DNA of 64,000 nt, from assembly GCA_964234715.1 (NCBI GenBank), contig OZ174280.1, one strand, 5' to 3'. The DNA is from Podarcis melisellensis. Lineage: Eukaryota. Positions 26,505-40,144 of the stretch are shown here, in pieces. Within the stretch, counting starts at the first letter, position 1. Every line of letters starts with the position of its first letter. Position numbers and translations under genes: made by a program. The notes below the pieces were generated by a model. The model had not been told where the DNA came from. It made no database searches and was given only the letters and a program-made list of their open reading frames with translations.

Positions 26505-26977
26505 CTCCCAAGGATGACAGCAAATAGTTTCTGAACAGGCTTCAATAGAATCCACAAGATTGGAACAGGAGCCGCCTTCAGTGCTGAAGATCTGTGAAAA
26601 GGCCTGTGAATCTGGACATTGTGAGAAGCAGTCAAGTGTCGAGATTTTTGAAAAGAAAGTCCTCTTGCCCTTTGCTCAGAGAGAATACAAGGCCTCCTAG
26701 AACAGCTGTGTGCAACGTTGAAAATTCCTGCATTCTTAGGGTTCAAAAGCCGCACTTGACTTTTATTAATGAGGTTACTGTAGGTGTTGGAACTTTCAGT
26801 CATTAAGTAGCACCTTCTGTTTTTACTTTTGTTCCATGATTGGCACTTAGTCACTTGATGCTGGTGTCTGTTCAATGCTTCACTGGAAAACTTGTAAGGA
26901 TTAATGCACTTTCCCCAACAGGCCAAAGATGTAAATCTAGTTAAAAGACAGTTTCTTGAGCCACTAAGAGCAGCCAT
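26505..26977 (-). CDS. OMA1: OMA1 first coding exon (mitochondrial presequence-like, MAALSGSR...PFHRSSALKAAPVPILWILLKPVQKLFAVILG)
   Basis: Exon acceptor TTTCTAG| at 27001/27000 (exon starts 26999), ATG at 26977, donor GAG|GTAAAC; conserved AAPVP.LW.LLKP.QKL motif; the 8 coding exons sum to 1524 nt (507 aa + stop). Confidence 0.93.
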
Positions 26978-28409
26978 CTCTCTCTCTCACATGTTACACC
27001 TAGAAATGTAAATCAAGAGTATATATTTTTAAATGATGCAATAGCAAATGATAACGCTGTAAGACACTATGCTCTTTAAGGGTGTGTATTCACTAGAACT
27101 CAGTACTGGGTACTGGGAAAACCTCAGCATGGTTCTCCCAAAGTGCTGGGAGCTGTTGCTGGGTACAATGGCCTAGTTCAGATAATTGTTCCAGGTTTCA
27201 AAAACTATGGTTTATTAAATTAGGAGCAGGAGCCAGGGTCAAATACCTACACCCTTTCCACTGTTCTGCTTCATTTCTGATTTACAAAAAGCCAGAGTTG
27301 TGGGTCCAAAACTGTGTGAATCTGTCAGTTAGCAACCAGGATAATATCTGACAATAAGCCAAAATTCTCCAGATATAATAGGGAACTCAAGCTTAGTAAA
27401 AGTCAGAAATGAAGTGCTGAATAGACACACTATTAAACATAAAAAAATTCCACACTGAAGAGGAAAAGAGGGTCAAAATGAATACAGTTCCCCCTATCCC
27501 ATTGCTATTACCCAAGTTCACAAACTATTAAGATAGACTTCCCCCACTTTGGGCCGAACCACAGTTTCGGAAGCCCAGAAAAATAGTCCAAATGAAGCCA
27601 ATGGGTCACACAGAATCTTTACATCCATGAGCTACATCACACATAGTTCAGGTAACCAGTTAGTACACGGCAATGTGTGGGAGTGAGCCTTGCACTCTTT
27701 TCTCCCAACAGGACACACCTGTATGAGTAGGACTTATATAATACATCCACCCCATTTTTTAAACTTGCATGAATTGTATGCAAACCCCATTTACACATAG
27801 AGTGGGAGAGAATATGTGGTCCCTATAAGAACATCAAGGGTTGGAACCAATGTAAGAATCCTGACCACAGCCACTGGCATTTATTTTCCATATGTGACAC
27901 CTTGGTTTCCAACCAAAATTTGGGATACAATGAAGTGATTGCAGAGTTGAAAAAGTTGATTTGGGTGTAATATCCCACTGCAGTAAATGCAGGTCCCACT
28001 TCTGATCTTTAGCTGACCATTTCTCTGGCTGATTACTTCAAATCACTGGGTTGCTGTCAACTACTGTTTACTCAGAGTAATTAACTTGTACTCACTTAAA
28101 TTACTGGACCTAAGTTAATTGCAGCCATTAATTTAAAGATGCCTACTCTGAATAAAAGATAGTTGAATACAACCCACCACATGAAATTCAGCACACACAC
28201 AACTTCCTTGGCACCCATAGCCCATGGCCCTCTGTCCACCCTTTTTACCTTGTTCTCTGTTCAGTGTCAGCAGCAAACTCCTTCCCTCAGGCCAACAGTC
28301 AGCCCCTTCCCTTAACTCTCTGATTTGGCTTCCCTTTCAAAGTTTCCAAATATCACCTCCATCACTAAATCACTAGGTGTCTTTATGCAAGCCACAATCT
28401 CTCATCTTC

Positions 28410-28535
28410 ACCCCCTATTCTCCATCTGCAAGATGGAGATAGTAATATTGATCTACCTGGCAGAGTTGTTGTAAGGATTATTGAGAGATTCCAAGTAAAA
28501 TGCTTGGAGCTCTCTGAAGCGCTATATAAGCACGA
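28410..28535 (+). mobile_element. CORE-SINE (MIR-like) fragment
   Basis: CTCCATCTGCAAGATGGAGATAGTAATA..CTACCT..GAGTTGTTGTAAGGATTA matches the CORE domain consensus. Confidence 0.7.
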
Positions 28536-29279
28536 AGTAGTATACTAGCAGCTACCCCCCTGCTTTGTTTACCAACTAGCCCAGCCTCCCCCAACCTGGT
28601 GCCCTCCATAAGTTCTGGGCTACAATTCCCATCTGCAACACTGCCAGCACAGCTGTGGTAGCTGGGACTGATGGGAGTTACAGTCCAAATCTACAGGGCA
28701 CCAGGTTAATCTAGCCTGAGAAGTCAAACGTCTGGCACTATCCAGTCCAGGACAGATCCATTAACAATGCACTTGTGCCCCATGGAAAACACCCTCATGA
28801 AAGTTCATGTACTGACTGTACTACCTTCAATACCAGGAGCCAACTCCCTGTGAGGGAATATCTGGCCGTCATATTCAAACCCAGAGACAATTGCATGGAG
28901 AGAATGACACAACGAAATAGGTGAGGCTTTAACTAAGGCTGACTATCCAAATGTCAAAAAGGGGGCACGCAAAATGAGGAGCAGGCAGGTGTTTTTCCCC
29001 GGAAGTAGAGCCATTCTTCTTTCCCTCATAGAATAGATATTTCTCACTTAAATTTCAAGTCAAATTTCCATTGCTAATTAAAACCAGCAATGAACGGCTG
29101 GATTAGGTGGGAATCCTAAACCATATTATCTGCTATATGAGTACATATCAGAGGAAATGCGGGTTCGCCTTGTGACTTGGGTGGCTTTGTCCCACAGAAG
29201 CAGTCACAATGTGGAGGCCTGAGGGACCAGAGAGACGATGCAACGTATTGCTTGGCTAAATAAATTTCGCACGCTTTTA

Positions 29280-30200
29280 ACTTCCAAGATCTTTCCAGCT
29301 ACAGGCCCCTGTGGCTCCAGAAGCACCCATCGCAACTGGTGCCCCAGGGTCTCCTTCAGCTCCTAGGCTCGAGGGCGAGGAAGGACACGCACACCCTCTC
29401 TCCTGCGCCTCAAGCCATGCGAGAGAACCCAGGTTTCCCTTGGCGCAGAAGAGCCGCGGGGGGGGGGGGACTGACCCGCCGCCTCCCTGCGCCACCTGAG
29501 CCTCTTTGGCCAACGTCAACAGGAGACGCTGCGAGGGCAGGAAGGCGAAACGCCTTCCGAAGAAGACACAGCAGCAGGGAAACCGGAGCCAATAGAGAGC
29601 AAGCGGGACGCCTCCTTATAACTGCCTTTCCCCCGCCATCGCCACTCCCGTCACCTACCAGCCGCAACAGAACAAACTGGTTCCAGGAGGAGGAGGAGAG
29701 GTTGCCAAAAGCTCAAGTCGGAGACGAGGCGCGGAGGGGGGGGGGGGAGAGGAGCAAGATCCCCTGCTCCGGCGATCCCTCCAGCAAGTAAAGACGTAAT
29801 GGGGGGGGGGGCTTGAGATACCAGCGCTTTACCCTTACTAGCCGTCCGCCCAGCCCTGGAGAGAAGAAGGGGCGCTGCGCGTAAAGACGCAATGGCGACC
29901 TCTGGGACCCTTTGGCCGCGGAGAGGCGCGCCCTCCCGTGCACCAGGCCTCTTCCCCCTGCGCTCTACGGCTGGGGCGGCCGCTTGCCTTTCCTTCCGGG
30001 CTGGGGAGGGAGCCAATCGGTGGCAGAGTTTCCCTGTTTCGCGACCGCGAGAAGGCCGCCTCCAGCCGCTGTGTTTACTGTCAGCGAGTTGAGCGTGGAG
30101 GAGATTCTGAGCTGTGATTCTGCACCTATCTACCGGCAGTCCGGAGTGATGGAATGCAGTCATAGAATTGTAACGAAGGGATCCCGAGCGTCATCCAGTC
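29280..30200 (-). promoter_or_regulatory. OMA1: CpG island / OMA1 promoter and probable non-coding exon 1
   Basis: The only CpG-dense non-TE region here, 2.3 kb upstream of exon 2; CCAAT boxes (29589, 30013), YY1-like GATGGCGG (minus, ~29633-29640), ETS/GABPA CCGGAAG (minus, ~29993); candidate minus-strand donors CTG|GTAGGT (exon end 29659) and AGG|GTAAAG (29833). Confidence 0.85.
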
Positions 30201-30274
30201 GAACCCCCTGCAATGCAGAAATGTGCCATATTCGGTGGCATGTGTAGAACCAGGTTTTTAAATGTGCTTGTCCG

Positions 30275-30403
30275 CATGGGCGTAGCCAAGGGGGTGCAGC
30301 TATGCCGCCCAGATCAAATAAAGCAATAGAAATACTTAACTAACTGACCAATCTCGTCGGTATTGCGCCCCCTTCCCCAGCAAAAGCCCTGGCTACGCCC
30401 ATG
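30275..30403. mobile_element. hAT MITE
   Basis: TIR CATGGGCGTAGCCA / TGGCTACGCCCATG; 8-bp TSD CTTGTCCG/CTTGCCAG (6/8). Confidence 0.85.
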
Positions 30404-32487
30404 CTTGCCAGATGCGGATCTGCCGATATTTCCATTAGTACACCAGCGATGGGTGGTTCAGAAGTGTGTTGGGGCACTTACACTACCCTCAAATGGGCAC
30501 ACACATATTGCAAGTGCATTTACATGCAACTAAGTAAGACTGGGAAATAAATGTCCACGTGTGGTGGCTTTCCCATAGCCCAGGGGTACTGGAGAAATCA
30601 AATGGAAGAAACCTTTAAATGGTGGCTCATCAACAGCCTTTCCTGTTGCAAGGGAAGACAGAGATTTTTCTCCTCCTGGACATCTGGATTTCAAAATTAG
30701 GGGAAGACAGACAAGTGGTTGGCCAAATTATGCCATAATGGACCATTGTGTGAAGAGGGTACTTTTCAGTGGCTGCAGGGTCCAGAGCATACTCTAATTA
30801 GAGATGCACTAGGCTCACTCAGCTCAGGGGTGGGAAACCTCTGACCTGCAGGACTAATTTGGCTCAGCATGGGTTCCAGTTTGGGACAAAAAGTCATTTC
30901 CCCCAAACCATGCCCACCTGCCCCACAGCTGCAACATGAGGAGTGGGGCTGGTAGAAACACAGCTGCCTTTGCACAATCAGGAGCCTTAAAGTGCCCCGG
31001 CAAGGGAGGCTTCTTGTCAGTGGCAATGAGAGTGATCCTGTCGGGTTCAGCTGTGCTACTAAGTTCCCCATGGAGAACTTGGCAGTGCAGCCAACCCCTG
31101 CCCAAAGCGGCTCATGAAAGCAGATCACTCTGCTTTCCACAGTCCCCCACCAACCTGGGAGCAAACTCAAAATGCCACCTTGTGATCTTTCATTGGAAAG
31201 TATGGTTTATAAATATGTAAACAAAATAAATGATGCAAGCACTAAATTCCCTTTTGCAGCCGTATTACACCCTCTTCTGTAACTTCACAACAGGCATTAT
31301 GACGTAGGTTAGGCTGAGAGTTGGTGAATAGCCTAAGGTAGGAAGTGAGCAAAAACAAGGACAGGTTAAGTGAGTTTAAAATGTGAAACTACACATGCTC
31401 ATGGTGTTTTCTTTTTGTTTATCAGGGTTGGGGAAATGCTTTTCATTTGTGGTTTGCTGATGATTGTGCAGCTGAACAGACTCACAAGTACTTTTTCTAG
31501 CCCATGAAAGCTTTTGTGATAATAAACCACAAGACTTATTTTGTGAGACTTTATTCCATTTGTTCCTTTTGGGAGGAAGGGGGGGGGCTTTTTTGGGAAC
31601 TGAACTAGGGCCCTGAAATCACCTTAAAAGGACTGTGGTGGGTTTAATTCTCCTGTGCCTTATTCAGAAATATGAAGCCGTGATAGTTATTCTAGGGAAT
31701 CTTGGAAACAGCAAACAACACTATCTCCATTGTCAAGTCATGTTTGCATCCTGTCAGCCCTTCAGCCAGACGGATGGCATAACCTTACAAGTCATTAGCT
31801 CCTCTATTTTCAAAAAAATGCTTATCTTTCATTAAGTATTCATAAAATAATAAGAATGTTAAACCACTGTGAAATATTTATAGAGCAGTAAGGAACAGGT
31901 TTACTCTACAGATTTGGAACTGAGATTTTGAATATTTAGAGATATATTTATGCATTGCTTTTGAAGATGACATTTGCAAACAAGAAAGGAGATATTGCCC
32001 ATGAACCTGAAATAAGTAGCTCTGGGAGCTGAGTTTCTTAAAAAATAATTGTGGCATAAAATTATGAGGCTTGCAATAAAATATTAGCTGCAGCTGTCAA
32101 GCTGCCAGTCCTGACACTAAAACTCCCTGGTTCATTTAGCACCTGCTACTCAGGCTGAATCTTATACGCTCCTTTCTGGGGAAAAGTTCCACTGAACTCA
32201 ATGGGGCATACTCCAGGGCAAACAAGTATAGGCTCGCATCCACACCATATATTAAAGCCTATTGCTTCTCCCAAAGAATCCTGGGAACTCTTGTTTGTTC
32301 AGGGTGCTGGGAAATTGTAGCTGCAGGGGTTAAATGACAGTTCCCAGGTTTCTTTAGGGGAAGCCATTTTTTAAAATGTGCTTTCAAATGCACCTAGGAT
32401 TACAGTCCACACCTTCACACTTGCAGACTGGCCTGGTTCAGATACCAGAGTTCTCACCAGAGACAACTGAAAATTACTGAGACCCAC

Positions 32488-33046
32488 TGTTTTGGCTCCC
32501 ACTCCTAGACACAGTACTTGAACTTTCAACTTTATTGCCAAAGGCTTTATTCCAAAATTCTGTGCAGGGTCTAAAAATAGGTCTGGTTACAGGTACACAG
32601 GTCAGGAGTTCAAAGGCGCTCTAAGACGAATGGCTAAGATGTCTCAACACTTGACACACATGCTTGACCCACCTTTTGAAGAGCAGGGCAGGTGCGGTAA
32701 TTTGTGTTTGTTCTCTTACCAAAGACTGGGCAGGCAAGCAGGTGCTCCTGCAAGTAGACTGGCTCTGCTGGTGCTGACATGGCCAATGGAATGTCCTTAG
32801 AGATGGAGCAGTGCATCCATCTCATGGTCCGACCTAGGCTCAGAAACCTTCCTTGAGGTGGGAAAAGCTTCACGGCAGGGTGGAGACTGGATCAGATGGC
32901 TCTCTCACAGCTGGAACATCCAATGCCACTGGGGTGGTGCTTTCTCCCAACAGACCACTTGGCCCATCCCCGATGCCAGGCACTCTTCCCATTCGTCATC
33001 CCCCTTGGACCAGCCCTGCCAAGATGTCTCCACAGGGCGTATGACA
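32488..33046 (-). mobile_element. Solo LTR (559 bp)
   Basis: TG...CA ends, perfect 5-bp TSD CCCAC (32483-32487 / 33047-33051), two minus-strand AATAAA (32531, 32546) near its 3' end. Confidence 0.8.
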
Positions 33047-33084
33047 CCCACCCTGAGAGACTTCTTGTTCTCATGTCTTCCTTT

Positions 33085-33175
33085 AAGGCTTTCCCATAGC
33101 TGGCCAGTGTGAGAACAGGAAGCTGGACTAGATGAGCCATTGACCTGATCAACCAGGCTCTTCCTGTGTTCTTAA
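33085..33175 (+). mobile_element. CR1-type 3' end / CR1-dependent SINE tail
   Basis: GCTGGACTAGATGAGCCATTGACCTGATCAACCAGGCTCTTCCTGTGTTCTTA resembles squamate CR1 3' termini. Confidence 0.6.
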
Positions 33176-36100
33176 AATAGGGCAGAGCCAGATTCAAAAT
33201 GGCAGCAAGGACAGTTTGGCATAATCACCTGGCAATTGCCGATATTGATACCGAATCCTTCTTTGGAAATTGCTAAACCAGAACGAGCCACAGTGAGCCT
33301 CAGGCTTGCCCCTCTTCCAGCCTGGCTATGAGGAATTCACATCCATTTGGCCTTAGCTCCAGCTTCTCATATTGTGAGAAACAACAAACAACTGTGTTTG
33401 CTGTTAATAATGGTTTGTTTGAAACAAGGCACCTTAAAACCATGGGCTATGAAGTTGACTTGTTTAAACAACCACAGTTAAAATGAACAACAATTTGGTT
33501 TAGGGAAACACACTAAACTGTGGTTAATGGAAGAGTGAAAGGTTCTGACATGCCATTTCAAACATGCCAGAGGCTCAGCTTGCTGTGACTCATTCTTGTC
33601 ACACTAAACTATGGTTTAGCTTGCCATCCGAATGTGGCTGCTGCACAGATACTCTGTCAATTGTGGGTGTATGAAGCTTATGTTATGGTACTAAATTCAC
33701 ATTATGCACCCTGCTTTTCTAAAACACCCCTGACTGGCAATCCTACATAATAATATTCTGAAGTCGTCACCAAATGTAGCATGAGTAATTACAGGATAGC
33801 TTCATTGAAATCCAACAGTGAATACCTCTTAATATAAAAATGTAACATGTATAGTCATACAATTAGAAATGTGTAAGTGCTGGTTTTCTTTAAATAGGCA
33901 GCTAGATCTACAGACATAAGTAGTTATTAAAGCTGTGGCTGTTCGTGAATTTTAATGAAGACATAGCACCTTTTATTTTGAGGAAAGGATCAAAAAGAGC
34001 TTTTTAAAATAAAGTTCCCAAGAGACTCTGGCCTTAGGTCAACCTTTGGACAATTGAACTAACATTATTTTCTATACAAAAAACCCGACACCTTATATTG
34101 TACATAGACCTTGGCTGCTACGGGTTTTACCAAGGGCAAGCTCTGAGGTATATCCAGGAATATAGCAGCCCTTTAAAATATGCTTTGAGCATTTCGCTAC
34201 TGAGATAAAGAGAAAAGAAAATAGAAAAACACCATCTGCATTTCATTAACAGGAGGCCTGCTTTGCCTATCAAACACCGTGTCTAGAAAAGGCAGAAAAA
34301 AGCAGGAGGAGCTGAAATTGTATTTTGCTGAAATGCGTAGGAATTCCAAATTTAAAATTTCATAGGATTATGGATGTCAAAATGCGGATTTGGAGAGTAT
34401 GTGTGAAAAACCCTGAAATGGCTGAATAAAATGTTGCTAAAACAACTGCAGTCCCTTTGTATGACAGATACATGGCTTTTGTAAATGCAAGCCCAAATGG
34501 AATTTACCTTACCTCCAAGGAGTGCTGTTTATACAATACACCTAAAATGCAAAGTTTTCCTGGCTGCCAGGTCCCTCAGTGTGATAGCTTACTAAAAGAT
34601 TACAGGTGAAAACTTATTGTTTTTTTCTCTACCTTTTTATGCTTGCAGATATTGTTCAATAGTCCCCAGAAAGAATTAACAGATTTTAACATTCTTGTAC
34701 AAAGAAACTGTACTGTATCTGTGTAAATATTCAGGGAATGACAGAGGTTAGAGAGAGAATTAGAACTAGGATTCCCCTCCCCCCACCCTTTGTGCACTGG
34801 AGACCCCATTCAAATAGGCCATTTACTAGAAAGATCCAATTATTATACTGTTGTTCAGCATATTTCCTCCGGTGAGAAAAAAGACATTTTTTTTTTTACA
34901 CACACACATACAAGTCTAGTGGGGACAGACGTTTATTCCAAATAAAAATTGCCTGAGAAATAATGGGAGCAAATGTCACCGGTTCTTTTGGGGTCCATCT
35001 CTAAAACCTCAGAGGAGGATTACAAATCCATTCTCATTCTGCCTCTCATTTAGATAACAACCATGTGTCTCCCCATAATTGTTTCCTAGGTAGTGAAGTG
35101 TACTGGAGTAGGATTCTAAGTGTATTGTCCCTCAGGGAGCAAAGACCTTCATGAAAATAAAATGAGGATCTTGTCAGCTTATTCAGCGTGTGCAAAATTT
35201 TAACGAGGCAAAACTGTGGCATAAGGAATAGTGCTCTGGCTGCCAAACAATATATATAAATATATATAAAACCTGGGAAAGTCAAGTCTTCCTGCTCTGA
35301 TAGGCAATTGTAACATCTCAAGATTAATTTTAGCATTAAAATGAAGTAATTGCGGCACTTAGAAATTTATCAAAACCCTGAAACAGATCAATGGGAAGGC
35401 TTTGAAAAGGGTAATTGTACCTGCATGGGAAAGATTATTGCTGTAATAGTATTAACCATCCCAATTAAGGAATAGGGAATTGAGGGGGCAATTTGTTAAT
35501 ATTACAACCCATTCTCTGAAGAAGTGGTTAAAACCCTAAGATATAAATTATGTAGTGTTTATCAGTATTTTATCACGATTATTTAATTACTTAAACTGTT
35601 CCAACTGTCATGTACCTAGCTTTTTTGTAAAGCACTTGTGATTAGATATATCTATATATTTCCTAAGCATGTCAAAGGACAAGAAAACCATTTCCAGTGT
35701 GGTGAGATCACTTTACATTATATACAGTATGATTGCACTGGTAACAACAGTGTTTTCTTACACCTCAACAACTATTACATTTATTGTCACCCAAACTTCT
35801 GTGTGCCAGATTCCAATTCATCAGAAAGCATGAATATGTTTATTAAATTTCCACAAATTTCACATGTAATTCCAATACATAATAATTTTTTTCTTTTGTT
35901 TTATCAACTTACCCTTTTTTTATTTCGGCCCCTTGCTGCACCCTATCTTCTGTCTCTTATATTCACAATGCAATAATTTCTAATTATTCCTTTTGCTCAT
36001 AGTTCAAATCCTGCTCATGGGCTCTTAATATTATAATGTTTCTTTAAATAATAAAAAAGAGGCTTTCATTCTTCAATAAAACAATCATCACTATTTTTTC

Positions 36101-36740
36101 TTATTACTGAAACTGGGTGCAAAACCTATTACTATGTGCTGATTAAAGTGAAATATTTTTTGTTGGCTGGTTTCAGCTCTAGCGACAACTAGATCATGTT
36201 TAATGAGGCAACCATTTTGACTGTCCACATTCATAGAGCAAGTGAATGTTGCCCACTGGGTAAGCATGGACAAAGCAGCTTTTGGGTGACATAGATCAGA
36301 GAAGTAGAACATGACCCACTGGATGTATAGTAGCCACAGGAAAAGCATTTGAGAACCCTCTGCACTGCATCCTGGCCTGTGATCAGCCAATTGTGTGAAC
36401 CCATGGCCTAGCATCAAGTTCAGTTTTTGACACCCACAGCCAATGTTCAAAAGGCAGGTGGTACACCAAAAGCTGAATCGTGTGTGTGTTCTGGTAAATC
36501 TCCCCAACTGAATGACAGGCTAGAAACTGTCACGCCCAGGAGTTCCATTGATGGTGTCTAGTGCTTATTGGAACTGGTGGGATATAAAGTTGGGAGCCAA
36601 CAGAAGGCTCAGTCATAGTCAACTAATTCTACTTTTGTCCCCCTTCTCCTCCTTCCTGCTGAGTTCTACAGGGGCAAAGCTGAGGCTAAAGAAGAGGCAG
36701 CTAACAGCTCCGGTCACCCCCTGGACTGTAGGGATGCAGG

Positions 36741-36902
36741 CAGTGGCGTAGTGTGGGGGGTGCAGGGGGGCCGGCCACACTGGGCGAAACATCTGGGGGG
36801 GCGCTCGCACTCACAGCTCTCTGCCCCCTGCTAAAATCCATGGGTTAGGGGGCGCAAATTACTTGCCTTGCCCCGGGTGCTGACAACCACGCTACGCCAC
36901 TG
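36741..36902. mobile_element. hAT MITE, young
   Basis: TIR CAGTGGCGTAG / CTACGCCACTG; perfect 8-bp TSD GATGCAGG. Confidence 0.92.
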
Positions 36903-38360
36903 GATGCAGGTGAAGAGGGCTGGCTGAGGGCAGTGCCCCATGCCCCCTAGTCAACCAACCTCCAATGATGTCCTGGTAAGAGCTGTTTCCACTCACACAA
37001 ATGACTACACCAGATTACAGTAGAAGCAGAACAGAGAGGCTTTAACCATGAATTCAGTGGAAAAAAATAAACAATTTCAAGGAGTGTGAACTGTGGCCGG
37101 CTATTAAAGCAAGAGTTGCTAGTACACAAAAGTTGTTAAGGCTAAAGACCGAGGAGAGAGCTTCTAGGATTCTCCTGTAGGGTTATTTTCAGTTTTTGGG
37201 TCTAATAACATACAATAAAAGTGGTTTTCCCCAAACCCACCTCTAGCCAGCCCTTTCAGCTATCCATCAGCATGCCTGCCTCAGTAAATTGTTTGGCTTT
37301 TCCAATGCCTATTATGGATTAATTTATCATAGAGCAAGTTGCGGGTTGATTTCATTGCACACTGGAATGGGTCTGTGCTAAGACCTCTAATGACCTTGAT
37401 CTGGGTGTGTGGGTGATGTAATTGGATAGCTTCTTCGTCCTATGAGTACTCACTCAAGTATGGATTGAAGTCGGTCTACAACTCAGCATATTGAAAGGGT
37501 AAGTTGAATTTTCTCACAGTCTAAGGTTCCCTTTCATGCACTTCCCATGAAATTAAAAGATCTCTGTGAACATTATTGGTAAAACACTGGTAGTCATCAC
37601 AAGGTCCCAGTTAAAAATGAATGTGATAATAACAGCCACAGGTAGGTAAAGGAGGAAAAGTAGGAGTGGTGAGAAGGTTGAAATTGCAAGAAAGGAATGC
37701 AACCTGACTCAGAAAGGACGTGGAGTTTGTCAAAGTCAGTTTCTTCCTGCGTCTTTATGCCAGCTAGAATGGCATATGGCCAGAGATGTTCTCTGCATGT
37801 CTTGCTGCAATTAATCTTTCTGTTCTTTTGATTAATTGCTGGCATATACTGTATCCCTCCCCATTTATGACCTCTGAGCTTTCTCTATCCCTTAGCAGCA
37901 TATACAACTGAGTCTTGACGGCATACACAGAAATACCAAAGCCCATCCACTTTTAGATGGGGTTAATTAATTATAGAAACTTTGATACATCTGTAGCTAT
38001 GCATGGCCTAGTCTACTCTCTCACACAGAAACAAAAGTCTTCTCCTAACCCATCAAATCTCAATTATTTTTTCTGCTTTTTTGAAACAATTATGAATACT
38101 TGCACTTGTTTTCTTACTCATTAGTTTTCTTACTCATTGGATACATTGGCTACATTTACAATTCATAGTAAGTCACATGGCCAATAGTTTACCATGAACA
38201 TTGATTACTTTAGTCCTCCCTGCTAGCAGCAGAAGCAACAAACCACAATCCTTTTTTAACGTTATGTCCAATCCAGGGATTGTGGTTTGTTTCGTGTATC
38301 AGGTGTGTTATTTGATCTTATCCGGAGATGCATACAAAGAATATATTTTAAAACAAACAT

Positions 38361-38410
38361 AAAATTCTGAACAAAATTCTGAACAAAATAAAATTCTGAA
38401 CAAAACTTAT
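38361..38410. repeat. Short tandem repeat (AAAATTCTGAAC x3)
   Basis: Three copies seen directly, one offset by 5 nt. Confidence 0.8.
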
Positions 38411-39466
38411 AAACCGCAATTGGTGAGTAAATAGCAAACCTTCGCTTCAAATCATGGTCATGGTTTGTTTGGAACAAAACAAACCACAATCCCTGGTTTG
38501 GACATAACACTAAACCAAGGTTTGTTGCTCCCACTTGCTTGTTGGGGGAGTGAAATAGGAGCATTCTGTATGTTCGCAACATTGCCACCCACATTATGAA
38601 AACCGTGGGCCCGAGGCATTGTTAGCTTATTTGATAACTGTGTCCCTGGTCAAAATAGCCTTGATATCTGTTGTCAGAAAAAATAAAAAATTAAGAGCAG
38701 GACCAAGTACAGATGTTCTCAACTATTCTGCAACCTTTCTGCAGAACATCTTAAAGAAGCTCTAAGATCACTTGGGTACCTCTTACTTGACAGCCTCTAC
38801 AACGAAGGAACATTGTGCTTACAGCTATATGTGACTCACAGCTATATGGAGGAGTGCTTGTTCATTCAGCAGCAGTGGTTACAGATTATGGTGCAAAGAT
38901 TGTGGTGGCCTGTAACGACTACCATAGTTTGTAATGACAATTTTAATAGCTTGTAGTGACTTACTGCTTTGGGGGAGAGGCTTTGTGGCTAAGATGACCT
39001 ATCTATAGTGTCACAATAGCATGAAAGATCCTATTTTGCATGGACAAGATAGTTAACAAGAGGAGTACACTCTATAGCATATGCAACTATGTTGTACTGA
39101 GTCATTTTAGGTCTATTAAAACAGTAGAGAGGTTTTCGGGGGTTTCTTGCCAGCTAGACTGTGATGGCAAAGATTAGATAGCAAGCAGTGCACTTATTAC
39201 CAGCAGCTGCTGTCACCAGATGAAAACGGGTGATACTTTCCAAGAAATGGCAATGGCTGGCAATGGTTTGATTATATTACACCACCCAGTACATGACTGG
39301 CAAGTAGTTTTCCCAGAGCTGGAATTCAGCAAGGACAGAAAAAGCTTACCCCTACAGTAAAACACCAGGAGATAGTTAAGGACCACAGGCAGCCTGATCT
39401 ATGCTGGGAGGAAAAATCCTTTAGAATCACAGCATGAAACTTAGCAACAGTTTAAAGTTAAGAAAA

Positions 39467-39472
39467 TTTATT
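39467..39472 (-). terminator. TACSTD2: Candidate TACSTD2 polyadenylation signal
   Basis: Minus-strand AATAAA ~670 nt after the stop codon, at the end of an AT-rich UTR-like tract. Confidence 0.6.
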
Positions 39473-40144
39473 TCAATGAAGATTACATTATAAACACACA
39501 CACAAACACACAGACACACATCAGTTCCATGGTAAACGCTGACATTTGTTCACAGAAGGTATTACTATTTTACAAAAGAAATATTTTAGATCAGAGACAA
39601 AAAACAATCAGGTTTAAATGGAAGAAGGGAACCTTTCCAACACTTTTAATAATAGAAAGTCTGTCTCAAATGCACAGACAGAACACACACACCTTAGCAG
39701 CATGGGCCAAAGAGAACAGGGCGGGGGATTGGGGGATAGCTACACATAAACACACCCCAAAAAGATGTAGAAATGCAGTTAAAATAAATTAAACTAACCG
39801 TGTAGCTACAGAACATTGTTTTCTTAAAAAAACTACAGATCTGGAAAAGTTCAGGAGCGGGTACAGTACAGGGATTTTGTCCCTAACACATTGCTATTCA
39901 TCTCAAATTATTATTTTTATCACATAGTACACTATAGTTAAAGGGAAATGCTAACTATAGCCCAATATTTTCCAACCTGGAATTGTAGACGTTTTACAAA
40001 GCTGTTTCTTTTATCTTTGATTAAACATTAATTTAAAAAAGAAAACCAAGTGCCCTCCCCACCTTCAAAAGACATGGTAGCAATCTTGTCATCTTCTTTC
40101 CATTCCGCCCATGTCATCTTAGTTCTACAGTCAAATTAAGGCAC

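Noticed and set aside
29277-30247. Several 60-170 aa ORFs on both strands in the CpG island
   Set aside because: Expected from GC-rich, stop-poor sequence; no recognisable domain
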